Source: Octopus vulgaris
Lineage: Eukaryota
Direction of reading: 5' to 3'
Assembly (NCBI GenBank): GCA_951406725.2
Contig: OX597815.1
Coordinates: 49,476,001-49,540,000 of the forward strand
Length of the DNA: 64,000 nt
The position numbers and the translations under genes were made by a program. Below the pieces are notes generated by a model. It was not told the DNA's origin and made no database searches. It was given only the letters and a program-made list of their open reading frames with translations. This document shows positions 51,807 to 64,000 of the stretch, in pieces; the stretch's first letter is position 1, and each line of letters starts with the position of its first letter.

Positions 51807-52438
51807 AAGAGAGAGATAGATAGAAAGAGAGTGCGTGTGTGTGTCATTAAACTAGCTAGTGAGACAAAAAGAGAGAAGTGAGAGAGAAAGAGAGAGAGGT
51901 AAGAGAGAGAGTGAGAGAGACTTTACAGTGTAAAAGAGGGAAGAAAAAGATCAATATAGCAGCAACAGGGAATTGTGGTGTCAGCAACAGTAACTGATGG
52001 TGGTGGCGGTGACGGTGGTGGGTGTAGTGATGGTGGTAGTATTGATAATGAGGTGGTGGTTGTTGTTGTTGTTGTTGTTACTTAGCCCCAGGTTGACCTT
52101 GGTCGAGTTGAACAAGTCTGTGATCAAAGGTAAGCCAACCATGACCATTTATAGCTTTTTTTTATTTGTTTTTGTTATTTTATCAGATGTGTCCTTTATT
52201 TGAAAGAGATTTAGCTGTTACTTCTTGCAGGTCAGAGTGACTCCCTGTTGTTGTTGTTGTTGTGAATGGCAGGTGGTGATGGTGGTTAGTGATGCTGACA
52301 GGGATGATGATGATAATGATGATGATCATGATGATGACAACAATGATGACAGTGATGATGATGATGATGATGACAACAATGATGATGAGGTTGATGACAA
52401 TGTTGAGATTGACGATGATGATGATGATAACAATAATA

Positions 52439-52470
<32 letters not shown>

Positions 52471-52673
52471 AATGATGATGATGATGACAATGATGATGAT
52501 GTTGAGAGGTTAATGACAATGATGATAATGATAATGATGATGATGATGATGGGAACAATGGTTATGACGATGATGATGACGATGACAGCTGTCCCAGTGG
52601 CAATGGTGAGAGTCAATGGTGACTCTTACATTGGATGTGGTCTGTGGTTGCAGAGAGATCTTTGTGTAAGTAT

Positions 52674-52709
<36 letters not shown>

Positions 52710-55700
52710 ATAGTAAGTGGTATGTGTGTGTGGGTGGTGGGTTGGATTCAAGCAGATTATCTCATTGCTTCTCTTAAACTGGTTAAGCAGCTCCAACAAT
52801 CAACCTCTTAACCACCTTTGAAACACACACACACACAAACACACATATGCACACACATCACATAGACATACATTCCTTCTAATCACCACTGTTTATCCAA
52901 TCACCCACACACCTACACTTCTCCAATCCCCCACCCCAGTCACCTACCTGCCTGTATTCCTCCCCACCCCCACTAATGTGGAGCCAAAGTAGGAGCAAGG
53001 AGTTGGGGCATGAGTGAATAGAGAGAGAGAGTAATGGAGTGAGTGAGGGAGTGGCTGGTAAAAGGATGGTTTAAGAAAACATGGTGGAGTGGCTACTTTT
53101 TATTTGTTTGTCAAGCTGTCATCTTCGTCAATGTCATCATCGGCTGCAACGCCGCTGTCATAGTCATCACCATCACCACCGCCGCCACCTCCATCATTTT
53201 CTTCGTTGTCATCATTTGTTATTGTCACCATTATAATCATATGCAATCGTCATTATCATTTTTGTCATTGTCACCACCTTCACCACCACAACCACTACCA
53301 CCAGCGTCATCATCATCATCATTGTCATCATCATCATCATCATCATCATCATCACCATCCTCAACCTCATCATCATCATCATCACCATCCTCAGCCTCAT
53401 CATCATCATCATCATCAGCCTCATCACCATCATCAACCTCATCATCATCATCAATAGAATCATTATCATCATCATCATCATCATTATCACCATCCTCAGC
53501 CTCATCATCATCATTATCACCATCCTCAGCCTCATCATCATCATCATCATCACCATATTCATTATTGTCATCATCATTATTATCACATGTGGTCACTATT
53601 GTCATCATTATCAGCACCACCACCACCAACCAATCTTACTGTTATGATCATAATCATCAACCTTATCTTCAACGTTGTGACCATCCTTATCATCATCAAC
53701 ATCATCATCCTCATTTTTGTCTTTGTCATTTCCATTGTTGTCACCACCAACACCACCACATTAACTATCATCACTGTCATCATCATCCCCATAATCATCA
53801 TCATCGCCATCGTCTCATCATCATCATCATCATCATCATTGTCCTCCTCATCATCGTCATCATCATTGTCATCGTCATCATCATCATCATCATCATCATC
53901 ACCATCATTATCATCACCGTCATCATCATCGCCATCGTCTCATCATCATCATCGTCATCAGCATTGTCATTGTCATCATCATCATCACCATCATCATCAT
54001 CACCGTCATCATCATCGCCATCGTCTTATCATCATCACCATCGTTGTCGTCATCATCATGATCATCATCTATGTTGCAATCACTTATTTCATTGTCGTCA
54101 TTATCCAGATCATCATTTTCGTAATGACCGTCATCATACTCATTATGATCATTATCTTCATCTTTATCATAATCCTTTCCGTCATCATCTGAAGCATAAT
54201 CTTCTTCATTGCCATCATCATCATCATCATCATCATCATCGTTGTCATCGTTGTCATCATCATTGTGATCATCATCATTATTAGCATAATGCTTGTGCTG
54301 TCCTCAATGTGAAATCTCCTTTTACCACCACCGCCACCACCACCACCACCACCATCAACACCATCAACACTACCACCAGCGTCACCACCTCACTACCACC
54401 ACCACGATCACTACCATTACTGCTACCATTGGAATTCTCAACAAAAGCATACACATGCACATATACACATATGCGCACTCTCTCTCTCCCTCTCTGTCTG
54501 TCTGTCTCTTTCCTTTTTCTTTCTCTTTCTCTCTCTCTCTCTTTATCTCTATCTGTATCTCTTTGTTTCTGGGCAGGGGCTTGGAAGAGGACTTGCATGG
54601 AAGAAACAGAGATGGTATTTAGAACCTTCTAACTAGCTAATTCTCTAAGGGTAAATTAGAAGTAATTTGGGGAAGTAGGTGAGGGGATTACAGCTTGGTG
54701 GCTGGTTTGTAAGGATGAATTTCAGGGTGAAACAAGAAGCGGAGAGTGGAATCGGACAAAAATTATACGGATGACAGTAACGGTAGCAATGACAAGGAGA
54801 GGTCGCAGTGGTGGTGGTGGTCTTAACAAGGATGGCAATGCTAGTGGCAGTATTAATGATGACTACCATGGTGAAGGCAATGATGATGATGATGACGATG
54901 TGGTTGACGATGTGGTAGTGGTGATGGTGGTGGTGATGATGATGATGATATGTTGATGACGAGGAGGAGGAGAACGTCAATGACAACAACGACGGCGGTG
55001 ATGTGGATGATGGAGGTGGTAATGATAATGATGATGATGAGGAGGAGGAGGAAGAGGATGATGATGGTGATGTAGATGATGAAGGTGGCAGTGGTGATGG
55101 TGATGATGGTGATGATGGTAGTGGTGGCAGTTTTGGTGGTGGTGGTGATGATGATGATGTTGATGTGGATGATGGTGGTGGTGGTGGTGGTGGTAGTGGT
55201 AGCGATGGTGATGGTAGAGATGCTAATGATAGAGATGATGATGATAATGATGATGATAATGGTGGTAGTGGAGGCGGTGGTGGTAATGATAGACATGATG
55301 ATAATGATGATGATGGTGGTGATGATGATGCTATCTTGACATTGGTGACCCTGATGAATGCTTGTCACAATGATAGTGGCAGTAGTGTCACTTATATCAA
55401 TGATAGTGGTGACATCAGCAACGAGGGCTCCCTCCAACAGCAGTAATAGCTACTACTACGATGATGATGATGATGATGATGACGATGGTAATAATGATGA
55501 TGGTGGTGGTAGTGGTGGAGGTTGTGGATCAAAACAGTTGAAGGCATGTCATAAGAAAAAAAGCAACAACAAAATATGACAAAGCAAACACAGAACCCTC
55601 CAATGTCCCAAACACTTGTATACAAACTAACAACAGTTGGGAAAGAAAATAGCTGGTCCTGTAGGTGACAGGTGGTGAGGGTGAGTGGAGGAAAGAGACC

Positions 55701-56936
55701 ACAAAGAAGTAAGATGGGAGCAGGAGGAAGAGGAACTAAAAAGAAGGAAAGGGGGAGTAGTGGTGTATTGGATGACATGATGGTATGTCATGCTTGGAGG
55801 AAGCTTGGTGTAAAGTCATGGGAGATGTCCTTGCTTTGACAGTGGGCTGTATAGAGATGATGGCAGATGTGTGCTGGCATGTGTGTCTGTTTGTGTGTGT
55901 ATGTGTGCATGTGTGTAAGTATATATATATATATGCATGTATATGTTGAGGGAGGGGAGGTAAGTATGTATGTTGTGGTTTGGTTTGGTTTGGATGGGGT
56001 TCCCTTGAAACTAGTAAAAAGAGAAAAAGAAAAGAAAAACATCACATTTCCAAGAAGAAAAGATAGATTTTTTTTTGGTGTCTGTGTTTGTGAAGGAAGT
56101 GTATAGAGAATATGGGTCACACAGGGAATGTTGATAACTAGCAGGGGGTTCTCCAAACCTGAACCACTAACGCCACCACCGCCACCACCACCACCACCAC
56201 AGCTATCTCATCCTTAACCATCCACACAACCACAATTGCCACTACAAACACAGTCATCACTACCACTGCCACGTTTATGACCACCTAGATGACCACCACT
56301 ACTACCAGCATGACACAACCACTACCACTACTACTACTACTATCGCAAACATCACTACAACCACCAACACCATTAACATCACCTCATCATCACTAACTAA
56401 AAACCATCACACAACCACAGCTCTCACAACCACCATCACCACCACTGCCTGTGACACCACCACCACCACTGCCACCACTGCCATCACTGGCAACAACAAG
56501 AGCAACGACAATAGCTAAAAGCACCATAATTCCATTCTCCCTTTCTGGTTATTACCACTTACCCATTCATCTACACATCATGCCACCATCAAGATTTCCC
56601 ACCCTGTCCCCTCCACCCCTACACCACTCACACGGCGACAGCGAGACCACCACCACCACAACCACTACCACCACCACCACCACCACCACCACCACCACCA
56701 GCCTGCCATTCACCAAACTCCACTCCTATTCATGCCTTGCTGCCAACAACAAGGAGATGTCTTGGAGATGCTGCCCGACCAAAGAAAGATGAAGATGAAG
56801 AAGAAATAAAAAAGCATATGTATGTATATATATGATAAAGAAAAATCCGAAACCTTCTCAGGCCATTGAAAAGCAAAACTGAACAAGTTTTCAATGAAGT
56901 CACATGGATATAAATAGAGAGAAGAGAGGGAGAAGA

Positions 56937-57245
56937 GGAGAGTAAGGAGTATGACACAAATAGGAGAGTGAGAAGGAGCAGGAGAATGATGAAAGGCTGT
57001 GTGTTTGGTGGGGACAGAGAGTTGAGAAAAGATGGGTGAGTAACAGAGAGAGAGATTGACAAAGTAAGAGGAGAAGAAGAGAAGGTGAAGTGGAGAGTAA
57101 GGAGTATGACACAAATAGGAGAGGGGGTAAGAGAGGGAGAATGGTGAAAGGCTGTGTGTTTGGTGGAGACAGGGTGTTGAGAGAAGTGGGGTGAGTAAGA
57201 GAGAGAGTTTGACAAAAGGAGAGAAGGAGAGGAAGTGAAGGAGAG
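56937..57245. repeat. direct tandem duplication, period ~155 bp
   Basis: GGAGAGTAAGGAGTATGACACAAATAGGAGAG at 56937 and 57092; GAAAGGCTGTGTGTTTGGTGG twice. Confidence 0.9.
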
Positions 57246-57442
57246 TGTTTGCGTGTGTGTGTGTGTGTGTGTGTTTAATTGTGACATAGAGACTGTTTGT
57301 GATTGTTTTTGTGTTTGTGTTTATTTGTGACAAAAGAAATGTGTGTGACTGTGTGCATGGTTATGTGGGGGTGGGTGGGAGTGTGTATGAGGCAGAAATA
57401 GAGAGAGAAAGAGAGAGATGGATGGGGAAAGGGAAATGAAGA

Positions 57443-57477
<35 letters not shown>

Positions 57478-57533
57478 TGTGTGTGTGTATGTTGGGTGGG
57501 GTGGGAATGTGTATGAGGTAGAGAGAGAGAGAC

Positions 57534-57564
<31 letters not shown>

Positions 57565-57886
57565 TGGATAAAAAGAGAAAACAAAGAGAGAAAGAGGTAG
57601 AGAGATGGGGAAAGGAGAGGTAGACAAAGAGAGAGTGTGAGTGTGTGGCAGAGAGAGGAGAGAGAGAAAGAGAGAAAATGGGGAGAGAGAAAGAGAAAGA
57701 AAGAGGAAAACGGGAAGAGACAGAGAAAGGGGGTAACAGGGAATGTATATCTTAGAATATGAGGGATATGGGGAGGGAGAAGGGGAAAAGAGAAAGGAAG
57801 GAAGAGAGAGACAGAGAGAGACAGACAGACAGAGAAAGAATGTCTGTAACTGATTGTATGAGAAATAGTGTCAGAGATAGATAGAT

Positions 57887-57918
<32 letters not shown>

Positions 57919-57970
57919 GGAGGGTATGTGAGAGAAAGAGTGTGTGACAGTGTAGGTATGTATGTGGGTG

Positions 57971-58007
<37 letters not shown>

Positions 58008-59799
58008 AAAGGCGAATGTGATTGATACTATGAGTGAAAGAAACAGACAGAGAGTGAGAGAGGAAGATAAATAGAGAAAGTGTAAGAAAGATAAGGAGAG
58101 TGCAATAAATGGGAGCGAGTGTGTACGAAAGGGAGAGACGGAGAGAAAGAGAGAGAGAGAGAGAGAGAAGGAGAAAGACTGAGAGAGGGGAAGAAAGAGA
58201 GAGAGTGTGTGTGTGTGTACAGGGAAAGTGGGAGATAGATTGTAACACAGTGATAAAGTGTGTGAGAAAGATATAGATATAGAATATGCATGTGAAGAGA
58301 GAGAGAGGGGGGGAGAAAGAGGGAGAGAGAAGGGAGAGAGAGAGGGGGGAGAAAGAGGGAGAGAGGGGGGGAGAGAGAGAGCGACACAGAGACAGAGAGA
58401 GAAGGAGAGAGGGGTAGAGGGGGAGAGTAGTGAGATATAAGATCAACAAAGTAGCTCCAGGATTAAGAAGAGTTCATTTATTGATTCCTTTCCATGTTCG
58501 GTCTCTTATCTTTCTTTCCTTACTCCCTTATCACTGTGTTTTTTTGTTTGTTTGTTTGTTGTCTTTCTTTGTTTTGTTTTTTTTTTTATTTATTTTTTTG
58601 TTTCCATCAGCATTGTCATCTTCATTGCCAGCCACTACCGTCATCACTACCGCAACCACCACCACCACCAGCGATATTGCAATCAAAATTGTCATTGTCA
58701 TTCATCATCACCACCAACATCATCACGACCACCACCACATCATCATCATCGTCATCATCATCGTCATCATCATCATCATCATAACCCTCTCCACCACTAT
58801 TGTCATCATCATTACCACTATCATTATCATCATCATCATCATCACAATTGTCATCATTATCATCATCATCATCATCACCACCATTGTCACCATCATCATC
58901 GTTGTCATTCTCATCATCATCATCACCATCACCACCACTATCATTATCATAATTTTTTTGTTTTTCATTCACGAAATCCTTGAGTCCCTTCATCTTCATC
59001 TTCATCTATCTCCCTTTTTTTCCTTCTCTTTCCTCTCATTTTCTTTTTTCCTTATCTTTTTTTTTCAACTTGTTGTCTTCATCGTTAGCTTCTCCCTCTC
59101 CAGCTCCACATTCTTTACCTCACCTCTTCTCCACTCTAATCCTTCATCTTCCTCCCCCACCCCCAACTTCCCTCCTCTTCTTCATCATCATCTCCTTCAT
59201 AACTCTCTTCATTACCATTTTTCCTTCTCTTTCATTATCATTCTTCTTTTTCTTATTCTTCTCCTTCATTAGCTTCCTTGGTTTCTTCTCAACTCTCAAT
59301 TTGTCTTTTCTTTTTTTTTTAGTTGTTGTTGTTGTCAGTCTATATTTATCTGTCTTTCTCCTGCACCCCCAACTCCATCACTCTCTCTGTTCTTCACAAT
59401 ACACACACACATACACACACACACACACACACACTTCCATTGACAACAGCAGTGACAATGACTCTCCGCTTCTTACAAACAGATTCCCTGTGCACTCTCC
59501 TCTGATGTCACCTCCCTGGAACCCATTACTAACCCTCATCCCCCCACCTGCCTCACCCCCCATGTTGCTAGTTCTTCACCCTACACCCTTAACCTTTCCA
59601 TTTTCCATCTCTCCCTTCTTTCTCTCTTTCTCTCTCTCTCTCTCTCTCGTTTTCAAATCACCCACCATTACAGTTCCATCTCCTACCATTACCCCTTTCA
59701 TCATAGCTCCTTTCCTCATTACCACCGCAATTTCTACCACCACTGACACCACCAATCACCCCATGGTGAGGACAACCACTGCCACCACCACTACCATTA

Positions 59800-60290
59800 C
59801 AATTCTAAGAGCTGAGCCCCTGAGACAAGTCTTTATGTACTTAATCAACTTCCTAGAAATAACAGCTAAATCTCACATAAATCACACTCTGTCATCTTCA
59901 GAAAGGAAGAACACATTGGATATATGATATTAAATGTTTGTAAAGACAAGATGATCATTGCTGAAATGCCCCTTGAGCTTAGATTTACTCAATTAGGGTT
60001 GACTAAGGGTTAAACAACAGCAACAGCTTCATTTCATCATTATCAGCATCTACATCACAGCCAACTAGCCAAAGAGAGAGCCTTATGTCATTGCTTGACT
60101 GTCTACAAGCAGCAGTCAAATATCTCTGAAATTGCACCTTACTAGAGATCAAAACAAAACAGATAATGTAATCCATGGTATACTATATCTCAAAAAACAA
60201 ATAGGGAAAATAAAAGACTAAAGTGTCATGGATGGAATACTTTTGAGCCTTTGGTCACAGGCCTGCTCAGCTAAGATTGATCAGGGGTGG
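59800..60290 (+). mobile_element. two decayed copies of repeat family F ((CAA)n-tailed)
   Basis: CTAGAAATA(A/G)CAGC.AAATCTC motif also near 7960, 23550, 27480, 63035 and in reverse near 52200. Confidence 0.55.
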
Positions 60291-60309
60291 GTAAATAATA
60301 TCACTTTCA

Positions 60310-60725
60310 TAGGCGTGGCTCTGTGTTATGACATTTGCTTATCAACCACATAGTGCTGGGTTCAATCCCACTCCATGGCACCTTGGGCAAGTGTCTTCTA
60401 CTATAGCCTTGGACTAATCAAAGCCTTGTCAATGGATTTGGTAGATGGAAACTAAAAGAAGCCCATCATATATATGTGTTTATGTGTGTGTGTGTGTATA
60501 TATATGAATGTGTTTTTTGTATGTGTTTGTCCCCACTACCACTGCTTGAAACCGGTGTTGGTGTGTTCATGTCCTTGTAACTTAGCAGTTTGGCAAAAGA
60601 GACAAACAGAATAAGTACTAGGCTTAAAGAAAAAAAAGTCCTAGGGTTGATTCATTCAACTAAAAATTCTTCAAGGTGATGCCCCAGCATGGCCACAGTC
60701 TAATGACTGAGACAAAAGATAAAAC
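60310..60725 (+). mobile_element. SINE family A
   Basis: Full head to tail. Confidence 0.85.
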
Positions 60726-62160
60726 AATTAAAGAATCACCAGCATTATAAGAATACCACCGCCACCATAATTACCATTATCAACAAGCGCTGTCATAACT
60801 AGTGCCTGTAGCTAAACCAGTAAACAGTCTTTCAACTGTCATCATGATACCATCCTTTCTACCACTCTCTAACACCACCAGCATTCACGACAGGTCCCTA
60901 ACACTATCACCCAAACCTTACCAAATTCCACTCTCAATCCACCTCCTATCACCGCACCTCCTGCCTTCTAACCTATATATTTTCCTCTACAGCTCTGCTT
61001 CTCTATTCCTTACAAAACAGCCATCCCACCATCCAGCCCCTTCCACCACCAGCACAATTGTTTCCCCCACCCACCCCCGTCCATTTTTCTTCCTCCTCCA
61101 CATTCATACACTTCACTATTTCCAACACAACCACCATCACCACCATCACCATCAGTAGCAACACTACCACACCCACCAGCACCAACAACAACAACGGTAA
61201 CACCACTTCAGCTATCACCTAATATGGCCACCACTACCATGGGCAGATCCAAATACCCTCACTACAACCACCACCACCACCACCACATCAACAACCATCT
61301 CCACCCACCACCACCATCAGATATATGTCCCATCCATGTACCTTCAGCTTACCATCAAATTTAGCTATACCACTGCCACCACCACCACCACCTCCACAAC
61401 CACCACCAATGCTACTAACACCAGTACCATTACCACCACATCCACCAACACCATTACTCCATCAGCTACCTTCACCCACTATCAAAATCAACTTTACCAC
61501 CACCACCACCACCACCACCATCACCACAATCACCATCTCTTGCCACCTCCTCCACCTCTACCATCCTTGTCATTCCCACTACCCATAACATTAAAGAATG
61601 AGTCATCTTACAGTGTGTCAACCTCCATCATCTTTTGCAAAGGGGTCCTATCCCCTATTTCTCTCTCTCTCTCTCTATCCTTCTCTTTCTCCTACTGTCT
61701 CCTCTTCTCTTACACTCTCTTCTACACAATGTCCCCAACCTTCATACTTCACACTTTCTTTCACTTTCCAACCACCCCACTCCTTACCCCCACCACCGCC
61801 CATACCCACCACCACACACACCTTTTCTCATCTTTATTTCTCATTCCTACTTGGGGAACCCAGCCCACACCCATCCACCACCAACTTGCCCCAACCAGAT
61901 TTTGTTTTCCTTTTTTTTTTCATTTTTTTTCTTTCTTTTTAGTTTTCTATGTCTCCCTCTTTCTTGAGCTGTACAATTTTCTTTCAGCAACTGTTGTCCC
62001 AAATTAACAGACACGCATGCACCGCAAACATACATACACTGCATACAAACATGCACACAAAAACGTTCCATCTCTCTTTCTCTCTCACTCTCTCAGTATA
62101 TATATATGTATACATATATATATATATCTATCTACACATATATATATATACATACATATA

Positions 62161-62202
<42 letters not shown>

Positions 62203-63810
62203 ATATATATATATGTATACATATATATATATGTTATATATAATATATATGTATATATATATATATAGATATATATATATATATATATATACATATATAT
62301 ACATATATATGTTATATATAAATATATATATATATATGTATATATCTATTGTGCACCAAAACCCTGCAAATTCCTGCACGCACAAAATGCACAGAGACAG
62401 CAGGCAAGCACATACATATATAAATAAGTACATGAAATTACTTAAACATAACAGTTCATATATATGCATATATGCACATTAATACAGAAATTATAAAGAA
62501 GATCCAGAAAATCGACACATCCGTGAATATTACATGCACATACACACACACACATATATATACATATATATACACACATATACATTTAGATATATATATT
62601 TGTATGTGAGCATGATATGTGTATTCAATTCTGTATTTGTATGTTTGTGTGTGTGTATGTGTGTGTGTGTTTGTGTGTGTGCACGCATGTGCATGTGAAT
62701 GTGTATGGCTGGCATTCCAATACATATTTACAGATATTCGAATATTACCAACATAGCAAAATAAAAACAAGACAACAAAAATAACTAAGGGAGCAGGTTC
62801 AATGAGTATATAGAATGGTTGGGTATATAGAAAGGGCTGTTGAAGGGTTAACAGGGGCCAGGGATCTGGGGTTTGGGCTGAGGTGTGGATGAGAGCATTA
62901 GAGGGAAAGTGAAGTCTGCAAACTTTGGCAACCAGCATCAACAACCAGCCAACGGACCAACTCAACTGACCAACTCAACTGACCAACTTTTCAGAGCTTG
63001 AGCCAATGAAGCGTAACTACAAGATCACTGATCCTGCTAGAAATAGCAATCAAATCTCCCTCAGTTCACACTTGACCATCTTAAAGGAAAGGACTTGTAA
63101 CGAAATTTGGTTGTCATTTCTTGACTCATAAGAAAATCAGGTTTGTCATAGCCAGATTGTCTTTGATCATAGCTCAGTTTGATCAGGGTTGTCCTATAGT
63201 TAAACAACAACAACAACAACCAGCAAGTGTTGCAACCCTCCCTTCTATCACCATTGTCACCATCAACACTACTTATACTCAGGAAAGACACTTATATATA
63301 TGGTCTCTTAGTTTGCTAGAAATAACAGTAGAATTCTTTCAACTCATCTTGTACTCTTTTCGGATCTTTTCTATTCTGAAGCCAGTTTTTTCAAATTTTT
63401 CCTACTGAACCAAACAATTTGAAACTTCGTATACTGGTAGAATGTGTCAAAAGTAAACTTAATTGTAAACCAGAATGAAAACGGAATTGTAACTTCTAAG
63501 TTTAACGTTGTTTAATAATTAGAATTTTAACCAATGATATTCCGTCATTCGGCTTTATTTTATTTACTCCGTCTCGACCACCAATTTCGTGACGTATTAA
63601 ACATCTTAAATGTAAACAAGCTATAGTCAGCCACCTTCTAATAACAAAAGTTTGTCTTTGAAGTTACCGTCTAGGGGAAGCATTGATGTACATGTGTGTG
63701 TGTGTGTGTTTGATGGGGTGTGGGAGACAGTATGTTGTGTAAGTGAAGTGCTTCTGTTAGTGTGTGTGAAGAGACAGAGAGAGTAATGTGTGAAAGAGAG
63801 AGATAACTGA

Positions 63811-63994
63811 AATTTTTTACTCGGTGTATGTGTATATGCCTGAATGTATGTGTGTATGTATCTGTGTATGTGTATGTATGTATGTATGTATGGCCGATTC
63901 AATGTAATTTTTTACACATACTTACACACACACACACACATACATACACACACACATGCAGACATACATATACACATACACCGAGTAAAAAATT
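63811..63994. repeat. foldback with perfect 28-bp inverted repeat
   Basis: AATTTTTTACTCGGTGTATGTGTATATG (63811-63838) and its reverse complement (63967-63994). Confidence 0.85.
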
Positions 63995-64000
63995 ATATAT

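Larger units (their letters stand above)
51550..62700. repeat. extended low-complexity domain of degenerate GAT/CAT, GGT/CAC, GA/CT and TA tracts
   Basis: Directly visible. Confidence 0.9.

Noticed and set aside
53043-54284. 413-aa ORF rich in Ser/His/Ile
   Set aside because: Degenerate (CAT)n lacks stops in several frames and the composition switches with repeat phase; no domain or splice evidence
55003-55446. Asp/Gly-rich ORF resembling acidic shell-matrix proteins
   Set aside because: It is a GAT/GGT microsatellite with a GTG start and no signal peptide; similar tracts occur on both strands nearby
58430-59927. 280-aa and 315-aa hydrophobic ORFs
   Set aside because: CAT and CT simple repeats
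62940-62990. Short GACCAACTCAACT repeats
   Set aside because: 13-bp minisatellite with no spacers; not CRISPR-like, and the sequence is eukaryotic

Overview
AT-rich animal genomic DNA, very dense in microsatellites and retroposons. The repeat repertoire suggests a coleoid cephalopod, probably Octopus (inferred from recalled repeat families, not from a search). No intact multi-exon gene is visible, and nearly all listed ORFs are simple-repeat artefacts. The window looks like intronic sequence carrying a few candidate small exons (7383-7415, 33782-33817, 39291-39396). Mobile DNA includes several SINE families, a full-length but dead DD37D (maT)-type Tc1/mariner plus a second relic, a hAT transposase relic, hAT and piggyBac MITEs, a Helentron-type HINE, and relics of RTE, Tx1/L1 and R4/Dong LINEs. 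The main unexplained signal is about 12 type I hammerhead ribozyme motifs (Penelope/retrozyme style, with very short or palindromic stem III) from at least 6 sequence families. They sit in (TA)n-embedded mini-elements, a ~288-bp tandem dimer and long inverted duplications, and one subfamily shares a non-canonical A6U core. From about 51.5 kb onward the sequence is a low-complexity domain of alternating complementary trinucleotide blocks. Repeat boundaries were read by eye and are approximate.
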